From a virus (taxonomy: Duplodnaviria; Caudoviricetes), in the IMG/VR virus record IMGVR_UViG_3300020042_006073, positions 1-26,223 of that record: 26,223 nucleotides of DNA; one strand, 5' to 3'. This document shows positions 1-7,469 of this stretch, piece by piece. The number at the start of each line of letters is the position of its first letter. Positions within the stretch are counted from its first letter, which is position 1. The translations under genes were made by a program, and so were the position numbers. The notes beneath the pieces are model-generated. The model saw only the letters and a list, made by a program, of their open reading frames with translations. It made no database searches and was not told the origin of the DNA.

Positions 1-9
1 CTTTATGGT

Positions 10-313
10 TCATGCTGCAATCTCCATAACTGTTAAAGTTGAGCTACTGCCACCATAAGTATCAGAACCTCGTCTGCCTATCCAACAAGTTCCACCAGCA
101 GAAGATAACAAACGAATTTGATATGTAATTGCTGATGTTGTTGCTGGAGAATCAAGTATGCTAAAACTTGTTCCATTAAAAAAATCATTTGTATTTACAA
201 AAACTACTGCGATTGAATTTTGTGTAGTTCCTGAAGTTCCCTGACCAATCAATGTTCCATTTCTTGATAAAGCAAAATTAGCACCTGAACCTGATGCGGC
301 ACTAACAAGAGGA
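10..313 (-). CDS. C-terminal fragment of a phage virion/tail-fibre-like protein, probably from another genome (5'-truncated)
   Basis: The frame stays open upstream of the called start at 252 (...LVSAASGSGANFALSRNGTLIGQG...) up to a stop at 325-327. It ends DSPATTSAITYQIRL...SSSTLTVMEIAA, a C-terminus typical of aquatic tailed-phage fibre proteins. The stop overlaps an ATG (ATGA at 13-10, MNHK...) that runs off the window. Confidence 0.6.
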
Positions 314-775
314 ATTGTTGGTGTTCAATGGGTATCAACTTTAGATTCACGCACAACTGAAATTTGTCAGGCTTTGGATGGTCAAATATTTCCAGTTGAT
401 TCTGGTCCACGTCCGGCGATCCATTACAATTGCCGGAGCACAACAGCGCCAGTTCTTGCTGATGATGTGAAGTTTTTGCAGCAAGGTGGAAAAAGGCCGG
501 CAAAAGGTGAAAATGAAGATGGAAAACTTGAAATTGAACAAGTGAGTAATAAAACAACTTATTACGAGTGGTTAAAAACGCAACCTGATCAGTTTCAGGA
601 TTCTGTTCTTGGTGTTGATCGCGCTGATTTGTTCAGAAATGGCGGCCTTTCATCTGAAAGATTCAGGGAATTACAATTGAACAGCAACTTCAAACCAAGA
701 ACACTGGCAGAAATGGCAGCTGAAGCGCCTGAAGCGTTCAAACAGGCAAACTTGAACAGCTATTTGCAAAAGTAA
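311..775 (+). CDS. Head morphogenesis / minor capsid protein (SPP1 gp7 / Mu gpF family), 5'-truncated
   Basis: In-frame extension upstream of 374 reads IVGVQWVSTLDSRTTEICQALDG...PAIHYNCRS, the W-xS-TLD-xRT-xxC / HxNCR signature. It lies directly before the scaffold and capsid genes. Confidence 0.88.
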   Translation, partial: GIVGVQWVSTLDSRTTEICQALDGQIFPVDSGPRPAIHYNCRSTTAPVLADDVKFLQQGGKRPAKGENEDGKLEIEQVSNKTTYYEWLKTQPDQFQDSVLGVDRADLFRNGGLSSERFRELQLNSNFKPRTLAEMAAEAPEAFKQANLNSYLQK

Positions 776-825
776 TAAAATGAACCTAGAATCAAAAGAA
801 ATGTTTAATTTTTGGAGTGAATGCA

Positions 826-1476
826 ATGCTTGAAAATATTGAAGGCTTAACGCCAGAACTGAAAGCGCAAATTGAAGAAACTTTGAAAGCGCAATTTGTG
901 GCCAAAACTGAATTTGATGCTGTGCTTGCCAAAAAAGAAGAACTTCTTGGTGAAAAGAAGTCTGAACAGAAAAAAGCACAAGAAGCGGCGGCGGCGGCTG
1001 AACTTGCAAAGCTGGAAGCGGCTAAAAAGTCAGGTGATGTTGAAAGCTTAACAGCCAGTTATGAAGCCAAGCTGAAAGAAGCAACTGAACAGCTGAACAC
1101 TATTCAGAACGGTTTGAAAGCTGAAAAGATTGGAAGCATGGCCAAGCAATTTGTTGGTGAAAAGTTTGTAAATGATCCAGTTATTGCTGAAGCGATTTCT
1201 GAAAAGTTTTCACGGCGCATTGATATGCGTGAAGGCAAAACTGTTGTGCTTGATGCTGATGGCAACCTGACAGCGCTTTCAATTGATGATTTGAAAGAAG
1301 AATTCTTGAAAAATGGCCAATACAAGGCACATATAATTTCAACAAATGCCAGCGGCGGCGGTGCTACCGGCGGCAAAACAACAACAACTGGCGGCGGTGC
1401 TGCAAAAGACTTAACGCAAGCAAAAACAAAGGCTGAAAGAATTGCCGTTATTTCTGCGCGCATGGCTAACAATTAA
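826..1476 (+). CDS. Capsid scaffolding protein
   Basis: Lys/Glu/Ala-rich coiled coil with a Gly-rich C-terminal linker (ASGGGATGG), immediately before the capsid gene. GGAG at 814-817 favours ATG 826 over GTG 817. Confidence 0.8.
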   Translation: MLENIEGLTPELKAQIEETLKAQFVAKTEFDAVLAKKEELLGEKKSEQKKAQEAAAAAELAKLEAAKKSGDVESLTASYEAKLKEATEQLNTIQNGLKAEKIGSMAKQFVGEKFVNDPVIAEAISEKFSRRIDMREGKTVVLDADGNLTALSIDDLKEEFLKNGQYKAHIISTNASGGGATGGKTTTTGGGAAKDLTQAKTKAERIAVISARMANN

Positions 1477-1498
1477 TCAATTTTAAAGGTAAAAAATC

Positions 1499-2467
1499 AT
1501 GGCTTTAACAAACATGCAAGTATTTAACCAATGGTATGCCCCTGCTATCTATGAAAGCTTGGCGCAAAAAATCAACGCTTTCAATGAGGCCAGTGGTGGT
1601 GCAATTCAGTTAGTTGCCGCAAGTAATGCCGGCGATTTCCTACAAACCAGCATTTATTCAACGCTTGCCGCTGCAATGACTCGCGTGGATCGTTATGCCG
1701 CAAACAACGCAAGATCAGCAACGGCGCTTTCACAATACCTTGAAAATATGGTGAAAGTTGCAGGCGGCGCAACTGTTGGCTTTGAAAAATCGCAAATGAC
1801 TTGGCTGGATAAACCAACAGCTGAAGCCGTTGAAGTGATTTCACGTCAATTTGCTGAACTTGTGATGCAAGATATGCTGAACACAGCAATCAAAGCTGGC
1901 GTTGCAGCAATCGAGAACCAAGCAACTGCAAAAGTTGACGTATCTGGCGGCGCTTCAATCAGCCAGCGTACAATCAACGCCAGTCACCGTTTGTTTGGTG
2001 ATGCTTCAGGTTCATTGGTTGCGACAGTTATGACTGGTTCAATGTATCATCAGATTCTGGACAAGAATTTGCAAAATGCACAAGAATTGTACAGTTCAGA
2101 CAATGTTACAGTTGTTAGCATTCTTGGCAAAAGGATCGTTGTTACTGATGCACCTGCTTTGGTTGTTGCTGGCGCGCCAAATAAAGACAAGGTTTTATCC
2201 CTGTCAGCTGGCGGCCTGATTGTGCGTGATCCTTCAAACCCAATCATTGTTGTTCAAGACATTACTGGTTATGGAAGAATCAAAACCGAAATGCAAATGG
2301 ATTATGATTTCACTATTGGCGTGAAAGGTTATTCTTGGGATTCAGCAAACGGCGGCAAGTCACCAACTGATGCAGAAATTGCAACAGGTTCAAATTGGGA
2401 TTTGGCCACAACCAGCATCAAAAACACAGCTGGCGTTATTGCCATAGGTGATGAAGCTGTAATCTGA
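1499..2467 (+). CDS. Major capsid protein (Pseudomonas phage 73 / Burkholderia phage KL1-type)
   Basis: 322 aa. The motifs FNEASGGAIQL, VKVAGG and GVKGYSWDSANGGKSPTDAEIATGSNWD match this capsid family as recalled, and synteny agrees. Confidence 0.9.
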   Translation: MALTNMQVFNQWYAPAIYESLAQKINAFNEASGGAIQLVAASNAGDFLQTSIYSTLAAAMTRVDRYAANNARSATALSQYLENMVKVAGGATVGFEKSQMTWLDKPTAEAVEVISRQFAELVMQDMLNTAIKAGVAAIENQATAKVDVSGGASISQRTINASHRLFGDASGSLVATVMTGSMYHQILDKNLQNAQELYSSDNVTVVSILGKRIVVTDAPALVVAGAPNKDKVLSLSAGGLIVRDPSNPIIVVQDITGYGRIKTEMQMDYDFTIGVKGYSWDSANGGKSPTDAEIATGSNWDLATTSIKNTAGVIAIGDEAVI

Positions 2468-2509
2468 TTCTAAACGGCAAAGGATTGCCACAAATTATTG
2501 GTGATTGAA

Positions 2510-2722
2510 ATGGCAATAAATAAATTGCGCTTAATGAGTGAAACTGAAGAAGTTGAAAAAACACTGGCAACAACAACTGTTGCTTTGCTTTCAAGCATTG
2601 CAGATTTGCAAACAGGAACACTTGCCGCACCGCCAGCAACTTTGGCTGTGGGTGAATTCTGGCTTGATACAACTGGCGCTGGCGGCGCTGACAATCCGAT
2701 TGTCAGGGTAAACCTAGCTTAA
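2510..2722 (+). CDS. Small putative virion (head decoration) protein
   Basis: Lies between the capsid gene and a terminator. GGTGA precedes ATG 2510. Contains PPATLAVGEFWLDT, resembling the PxxGxxWxDT motifs of fibre proteins. Confidence 0.5.
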   Translation: MAINKLRLMSETEEVEKTLATTTVALLSSIADLQTGTLAAPPATLAVGEFWLDTTGAGGADNPIVRVNLA

Positions 2723-2726
2723 TTAT

Positions 2727-2754
2727 TGGCGGCCTAAAAACCGCCATTCTTTTT
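2727..2754 (+). terminator. Rho-independent terminator after the capsid genes
   Basis: TGGCGG-cctaaaaa-CCGCCA hairpin followed by TTCTTTTT. Confidence 0.75.
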
Positions 2755-2764
2755 GGAGTGTAGC

Positions 2765-3055
2765 GTGAAAAATATCTGGCTTGTAAAACATCCTTTGAAT
2801 TTATACCGTGAAGATGTGAAAGCATTGGCGCGCTTGAATAAGCTTAGGGTTGTTTGTTTATTGCAAAAAAACAATGTTGATCCTGAACAAGTTGCCGATG
2901 ATGTTCCAGTTTTAACACTGAAAAGTGAACCAGTTTCAGCGGTTGAACCTGTTGAACCTGTTGCAAAAGAAAAGAAAGCCAAGAAAGAAAAGAAACCTGT
3001 TGAACCAGTTTCAGCGGTTGAACCTATAAATCAAGTTGAAGCCGGTGCTGAATAA
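2765..3055 (+). CDS. Hypothetical post-capsid protein with a low-complexity Pro/Glu/Lys tail
   Basis: GGAG at 2755-2758 precedes GTG 2765. The N-terminus (IWLVKHPLNLYREDVKALAR) resembles small genes that follow this capsid type. Confidence 0.6.
   Translation: MKNIWLVKHPLNLYREDVKALARLNKLRVVCLLQKNNVDPEQVADDVPVLTLKSEPVSAVEPVEPVAKEKKAKKEKKPVEPVSAVEPINQVEAGAE
2926..3025 (+). repeat. 25-bp exact direct repeat within the CDS
   Basis: TGAACCAGTTTCAGCGGTTGAACCT at 2926-2950 and 3001-3025, encoding EPVSAVEP twice. Confidence 0.95.
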
Positions 3056-3741
3056 TGGCCGTTAAAACTAAGGTTGAACTTGCGGCCAGTAAAAACGCTT
3101 TATTTGCGGATAACATTACCGGCGATATTTCAGCGCAAGATTTGAGAAACCAGCAAGGTGATGTGATCGATTCATTATTGGCTTTAAATAATGGCGGATC
3201 ATCTCAAAACGTACAATCTGAAGTTGATTTTGACAATTTGAAGTTCAATTCATTAATGCCTTTTAATGATGCAAATGTTGTTTTGGTAGCGTTTTCAGCA
3301 ATAAATCAAGCGCCAACATTAACTGATACGCCGGTTCAAGTTGTTTTTGGAGCGGCGCAAGGTTCTGTTTCCGATCCAGTCATGATTGATGCAGCTGGAA
3401 AGATTACATACAATCAAACAGGAATATATTTTGCGGCAAATCAATTCAGGATTGGGAGAACTGGAAGCGTTGCAACTGCACAATTTATTTTAGCTTACAA
3501 ATTAAATGGCGCTTGGAATGAAAGCATGAGCGCATCAATAATTGATAACGCTGATAACACTTTCACGGTTACAACTTCAGGATATTTTAGTTTTACAGCA
3601 GGGGATTATATTGAAGTTTTCATGATCCGTGATTCAATCGGCAACAATGATGGCGGATTATTTGCATTCAATCCGGCGCTTGCTGGAATTCCTGACATAC
3701 CAAGCTGCAAAACAAAAATTTATAAAATGGTAAATGTTTAA
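3055..3741 (+). CDS. Putative accessory fibre/spike: short N-terminal DNxxGxISxQDLR domain plus C1q/BclA-like beta-sandwich
   Basis: N-terminus FADNITGDISAQDLRN. The C-terminal pattern GKITYNQTGIY...FSFTAGDYIEVF is typical of C1q/TNF-like jelly rolls. Confidence 0.5.
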   Translation: MAVKTKVELAASKNALFADNITGDISAQDLRNQQGDVIDSLLALNNGGSSQNVQSEVDFDNLKFNSLMPFNDANVVLVAFSAINQAPTLTDTPVQVVFGAAQGSVSDPVMIDAAGKITYNQTGIYFAANQFRIGRTGSVATAQFILAYKLNGAWNESMSASIIDNADNTFTVTTSGYFSFTAGDYIEVFMIRDSIGNNDGGLFAFNPALAGIPDIPSCKTKIYKMVNV

Positions 3742-3771
3742 AATTTGCACAATATAAAAAGGGCATAAAAA

Positions 3772-4263
3772 ATGGCTTTAGTTGTTGAAGATGGTTCAAT
3801 AGTTGCCGGTGCAAATACTTACATTGATGAATCTGATGCCAATGATGTTCTGGCCGATTTTGGTTTGCCTGATCTTGTTCCAGCAACGGCTGAAGCTTCA
3901 TTGATTTCAGCGGCGCAATACTTGGAAACCTTCAACTATAAAGGAACTAGAACTGATCCTTCAGCGCAAGATTTAATTTTCCCGCGCGCTGGAATTGTAA
4001 TTGATTGCTTTGAATTGCCATCTGATGAAATACCAGTGAAGCTGATCCGCGCGCAAGTTTTCGCGGCCAGCTTGATTGAATCAGGCGTTTCATTGTATTC
4101 AAACAGCAACGGCCAAGAAGCCATTGAAAAAACTGTTGATGTGATCACTGTCAAATATGCTGAATCAGGCGTTTCAGGCCAACAACCTATATTTGGCCAA
4201 ATCCAAGGCCAGCTGAATGATTTGCTGAAATCCAGCTTCAGTATTGCGGTGAAAAGAGCGTGA
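3772..4263 (+). CDS. Head-tail adaptor (DnaT-like family)
   Basis: MALVVEDGSIVAGANTY, YKGTR...QDLIFPR, and VDVITVKY motifs, plus position in the operon. Confidence 0.85.
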   Translation: MALVVEDGSIVAGANTYIDESDANDVLADFGLPDLVPATAEASLISAAQYLETFNYKGTRTDPSAQDLIFPRAGIVIDCFELPSDEIPVKLIRAQVFAASLIESGVSLYSNSNGQEAIEKTVDVITVKYAESGVSGQQPIFGQIQGQLNDLLKSSFSIAVKRA

Positions 4264-4628
4264 ACATATACGATGATTTGAACCTGATGGCAAAGGAATT
4301 GCTGGCTGAATTTGATGGCCGTTCTGTAAAGATGAAAATCATCAGGCGGGTTGCTGGCGCGGTATCATTAACAACAGGCAAGTTTGAAATTCCTGAAGGT
4401 GATGATGATGAAATTGCAATCACTGGCATTATTTCACCGTATAGAAAAGGCCAGATTTCAGGCGCTGACATTCAGGCTGGTGATCTGTTGGCAATCATTG
4501 ATTCACAAGTTGAACCATTATCATCAGATCAAATGTTGGTTGATGCCAGAACTTATTCAATTGTGGCAATTCAGAGAATTAAGCCATCGGATCAGGCGCT
4601 GATTTATAAGGTTCAGTTAAGGCAATGA
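4260..4628 (+). CDS. Head closure / head-tail joining protein
   Basis: 122 aa with IQAGD...YSIVAI...P...IYKVQLR pattern. Overlaps its neighbours by 4 nt. Confidence 0.75.
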   Translation: MNIYDDLNLMAKELLAEFDGRSVKMKIIRRVAGAVSLTTGKFEIPEGDDDEIAITGIISPYRKGQISGADIQAGDLLAIIDSQVEPLSSDQMLVDARTYSIVAIQRIKPSDQALIYKVQLRQ

Positions 4629-5089
4629 AAAGTTTTTCTGATGAAATTAAAGCTGAAGCTGAAAAAATCAACAAGGGATTTGAAAGAATCGTTCGATCAA
4701 CTGCAATTGCCTGTTTTTCAAATATAATATTTGGTTCTCCAGTGAATGAAGGCCGTTTTCGTGGCAACTGGTTTGCCAGCACAACAGCGCCATCATCAAA
4801 GGTGACTGAATCAACTGATAAAAATGGCAGCAAAACAGCAAAGGCAGCAACTGAAGTTGTTCTTCATGTAAAGGATTGGAATGTTTTCCAGCTTACAAAT
4901 AATTTGCCATACTCTGAAATAATCGAATTTGGCGGCTACCCTGATCCAGTTGAAAAAGGATCATGGAACAAACAGAAAAAAACCTTTGAAAAGCTTTCAG
5001 CAAATGGATATTCAAAACAAGCGCCAGCCGGTGTGGTGCGTGTTAATATTGCACTGGCTGAACAGAATCTAAGGAAAGCCAAATTATGA
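4625..5089 (+). CDS. HK97 gp10-like neck / tail completion protein
   Basis: SPVNEGRFRGNW, NNLPYSEIIEFG and SKQAPAGVVR motifs. Confidence 0.85.
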   Translation: MKSFSDEIKAEAEKINKGFERIVRSTAIACFSNIIFGSPVNEGRFRGNWFASTTAPSSKVTESTDKNGSKTAKAATEVVLHVKDWNVFQLTNNLPYSEIIEFGGYPDPVEKGSWNKQKKTFEKLSANGYSKQAPAGVVRVNIALAEQNLRKAKL

Positions 5090-5502
5090 GCACAACTTTT
5101 GCTGATATTGATGAAATCTTAAACATTGCTGTTTTGAATGCTGGCTTCAGTATTGATGTGATAACTGAAAATCTGGACTATTCGCCGGATATTTCAACAC
5201 CATACATCGCGGCTTTTTTGCTTCCATTGCCAACAGTTCAGGCATCACTAGGTTCAAATGGTTGTGATCGGCAATCAGGTATTTATCAGCTGGATATTAA
5301 TTACCCAAAAGATCAAGGCACAACAGCGCTGAAAGAAATGGCTGATGAAATCAATGGCGTGTTTTTTTCAGGCGCTAATTTTTCAAATTCAAATTTAACT
5401 GTTAATATTAAAAACGTATCAATTAACCGCGTGATTGTTCAGAACGGCTGGGCATCATTAAGCGTTTCAATCGAATTTTATGCTTATTCAATGAGGGTTT
5501 GA
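5086..5502 (+). CDS. Tail terminator protein
   Basis: 138 aa containing GIYQLDINYP..G...ADEI...F, directly before the tail tube gene. Confidence 0.75.
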   Translation: MSTTFADIDEILNIAVLNAGFSIDVITENLDYSPDISTPYIAAFLLPLPTVQASLGSNGCDRQSGIYQLDINYPKDQGTTALKEMADEINGVFFSGANFSNSNLTVNIKNVSINRVIVQNGWASLSVSIEFYAYSMRV

Positions 5503-5504
5503 AC

Positions 5505-6686
5505 ATGACAACTTGCACACAACCAGCAACAGGCAGCGCAACATCCCACTTTTACGTTGAAGAAACAACTTGTGGCGTTACACCTGCCAACCCAGCTTGG
5601 CTACCATTGCGCTATACATCAGGAAATATGCAGCAGACAAAAGATTCGCTTCAAAGCGCTGAACTTGATGGAAGCCGTGAGATTACAGATTTGCGACTTG
5701 GCAGCAATCAAACAAGCGGTGAAATATCTGTTGAACTTGCCTGGCAATCACATGATGATTTAATTGAGGCAGCACTAGGTGGTACATTTACTTCAATATC
5801 ACCAGATACAGGACTGTCTATAACGGTAAACCCTTCATTGTCTAAATTCACCAGAGCGTCCGGTGATTTTACTGCCTCACCTGCAGTCAAGATTGGTGAC
5901 ATCGTTAAGTTTGAAGATTTGACTGGCGATAACGCAAACGCATTCATTGTTGCAACTGTAACAGCTACTGAAATTACAGTAAGAGTGCCTGACTCTGATA
6001 CCTTGACCGTTGAAACAGCAACAACAGATTTGAGACGCGGGCAAGAACTTGGCGTTGGTAGTGATAGAAGAAGTTTTTCAATTCTTACTCATTACGCTGA
6101 TGCCGATGGCGGCGCTGGAATTTACCAAATAACAAAAGGCGTAGAAATCACAGCATATTCTTTTGATGTTTCAGTGAATGCTTTGGTTACTGGAACTTTT
6201 ACAACTATTGGCCGTGAAACTGCTTATGACGTGGCGCTGCCAAGCGGTTCAACGTTTCCTTCAGTGGATAAAAAGGAAATATTTGCCGGTGTTGATGGCG
6301 CTGTTGTCGGTGCAGGTCAAGGCGTGCTTGGTTATGTTACGTCATCAACATTTTCACTGGATAACAATGCAAGCGCCCAATTTGAAATTGGTTCTGACAA
6401 TGTTGCTTTTATTGAGCGTGGCCGCGCTAACAATACTATTTCAATTAGCACATATTTTGTAAATTCAAATCTTTTGACCCGGTTCATTAATGAAACCGAA
6501 AGTGCAATTGAAATAGTTTTGTACACTAACAACCGTAATAATATTATGGCATTTAATTATAATCGCTGTGTATTTACATCAGGAACGCCTGAAGTAGCTG
6601 GCGAAGGTTCTATTGTTCAGAGCTTTGAACTTCAAGCGCTTGCAGGTACAGCGGGTGAAAGTTCTGTGCTGGTTAAAATCCTGTAA
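5505..6686 (+). CDS. Major tail tube protein
   Basis: YVEETTCGVTPANPAW..LRYT, LQSAEL...R.I.D.R.G, GEISVEL and RRSFSI motifs match siphovirus tube proteins. It carries an internal insertion domain. Confidence 0.88.
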   Translation: MTTCTQPATGSATSHFYVEETTCGVTPANPAWLPLRYTSGNMQQTKDSLQSAELDGSREITDLRLGSNQTSGEISVELAWQSHDDLIEAALGGTFTSISPDTGLSITVNPSLSKFTRASGDFTASPAVKIGDIVKFEDLTGDNANAFIVATVTATEITVRVPDSDTLTVETATTDLRRGQELGVGSDRRSFSILTHYADADGGAGIYQITKGVEITAYSFDVSVNALVTGTFTTIGRETAYDVALPSGSTFPSVDKKEIFAGVDGAVVGAGQGVLGYVTSSTFSLDNNASAQFEIGSDNVAFIERGRANNTISISTYFVNSNLLTRFINETESAIEIVLYTNNRNNIMAFNYNRCVFTSGTPEVAGEGSIVQSFELQALAGTAGESSVLVKIL

Positions 6687-6711
6687 AAAATTGGCAGCTG
6701 TTCAATCAGTA

Positions 6712-6770
6712 GCGGTGTGCGTGATTCACTCCCACAAGCACCGCGCCATTCATTCTGGAGTGGGGAGTGA
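6712..6770 (+). promoter_or_regulatory. Structured RNA leader (hairpin plus anti-SD, possible pseudoknot) upstream of the tail chaperone
   Basis: GCGGTG (6712-6717) pairs with CACCGC (6739-6744). The enclosed TCACTCCC (6726-6733) is the exact reverse complement of GGGAGTGA (6763-6770), the RBS. Confidence 0.6.
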
Positions 6771-6777
6771 TTAAAAA

Positions 6778-7140
6778 ATGCAGCAATTCATCAAGCGTTC
6801 AGAGGCCAACAGCCAGCAAAAGTTAAGCCTATTTTCTGAAGATGGAAAAGATTATTTTCTTTTGATCTGCAGCGCATATTCTGATCAATACAAAATCAAA
6901 AAAGCTGAAGTTTTCAGACTTGCGGCGCAATCTGCAACTGATGGAAAATATACGCCTGAAGTTCAACTTGAAATGACTGCCAAAATGGCAGCGGGTTCTA
7001 TTTGTGGCTGGTTTTTGCCTGAAGAATTTGGCGATTATTCACCGGCTGGCGCTGAAAAACTACTGCTTGAATATCCGCAAATATTGGAAGCTGTTGATGT
7101 TTTCAGTTCAAAAAATGAGAATTTCATTCAAAAAAAGTAG
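6778..7140 (+). CDS. Tail assembly chaperone (lambda gpG equivalent)
   Basis: Lies between the tube and tape measure genes and ends in a slippery sequence just before its stop. Confidence 0.85.
   Translation: MQQFIKRSEANSQQKLSLFSEDGKDYFLLICSAYSDQYKIKKAEVFRLAAQSATDGKYTPEVQLEMTAKMAAGSICGWFLPEEFGDYSPAGAEKLLLEYPQILEAVDVFSSKNENFIQKK
7131..7137 (+). other. Programmed -1 ribosomal frameshift site A-AAA-AAG
   Basis: CAA AAA AAG TAG. The -1 frame reads AAA AAA GTA GCA AGC TTG and joins ORF 7146..7469. Confidence 0.88.
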
Positions 7141-7469
7141 CAAGCTTGCAATCATATTGTGAATCGTATTTTCCCTTGATCAAAAGGCTTTACGATTCAA
7201 AAGGAAATGATGTTGGTTGCAAATTGCATCACTTGCAAGCTGTTCAAAAAATGACAGGAATAACACCGCAAGAACTGGATTTTGTTTTGCCAGTTGATGA
7301 TGTTTGTTATCTTCTTGAATATTTCTATTCTGTAAAAACTGCAAAAGGTGAAAAAATAACTTACACTGAATTGAAAGCTTTTTCAGAAATGAATTGCATT
7401 AATTTGGATTCATTCGAAGTTTCAGCAATAATGTTGATTGATAGAATTTTTGAGGCCAAAACAACATGA
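7137..7469 (+). CDS. Frameshifted extension of the tail assembly chaperone (gpGT equivalent; fusion spans 6778..7469)
   Basis: Open -1 frame with no obvious RBS before TTG 7146. The ITYTELKAF...L...EV.AIM.ID motif is typical of these extensions. Confidence 0.82.
   Translation, partial: VASLQSYCESYFPLIKRLYDSKGNDVGCKLHHLQAVQKMTGITPQELDFVLPVDDVCYLLEYFYSVKTAKGEKITYTELKAFSEMNCINLDSFEVSAIMLIDRIFEAKTT

Noticed and set aside
2465-2722. Stop read-through extending the capsid into the in-frame ORF 2498..2722
   Set aside because: Two in-frame stops intervene (TGA 2465-2467 and TAA 2471-2473), and the ORF has its own RBS.
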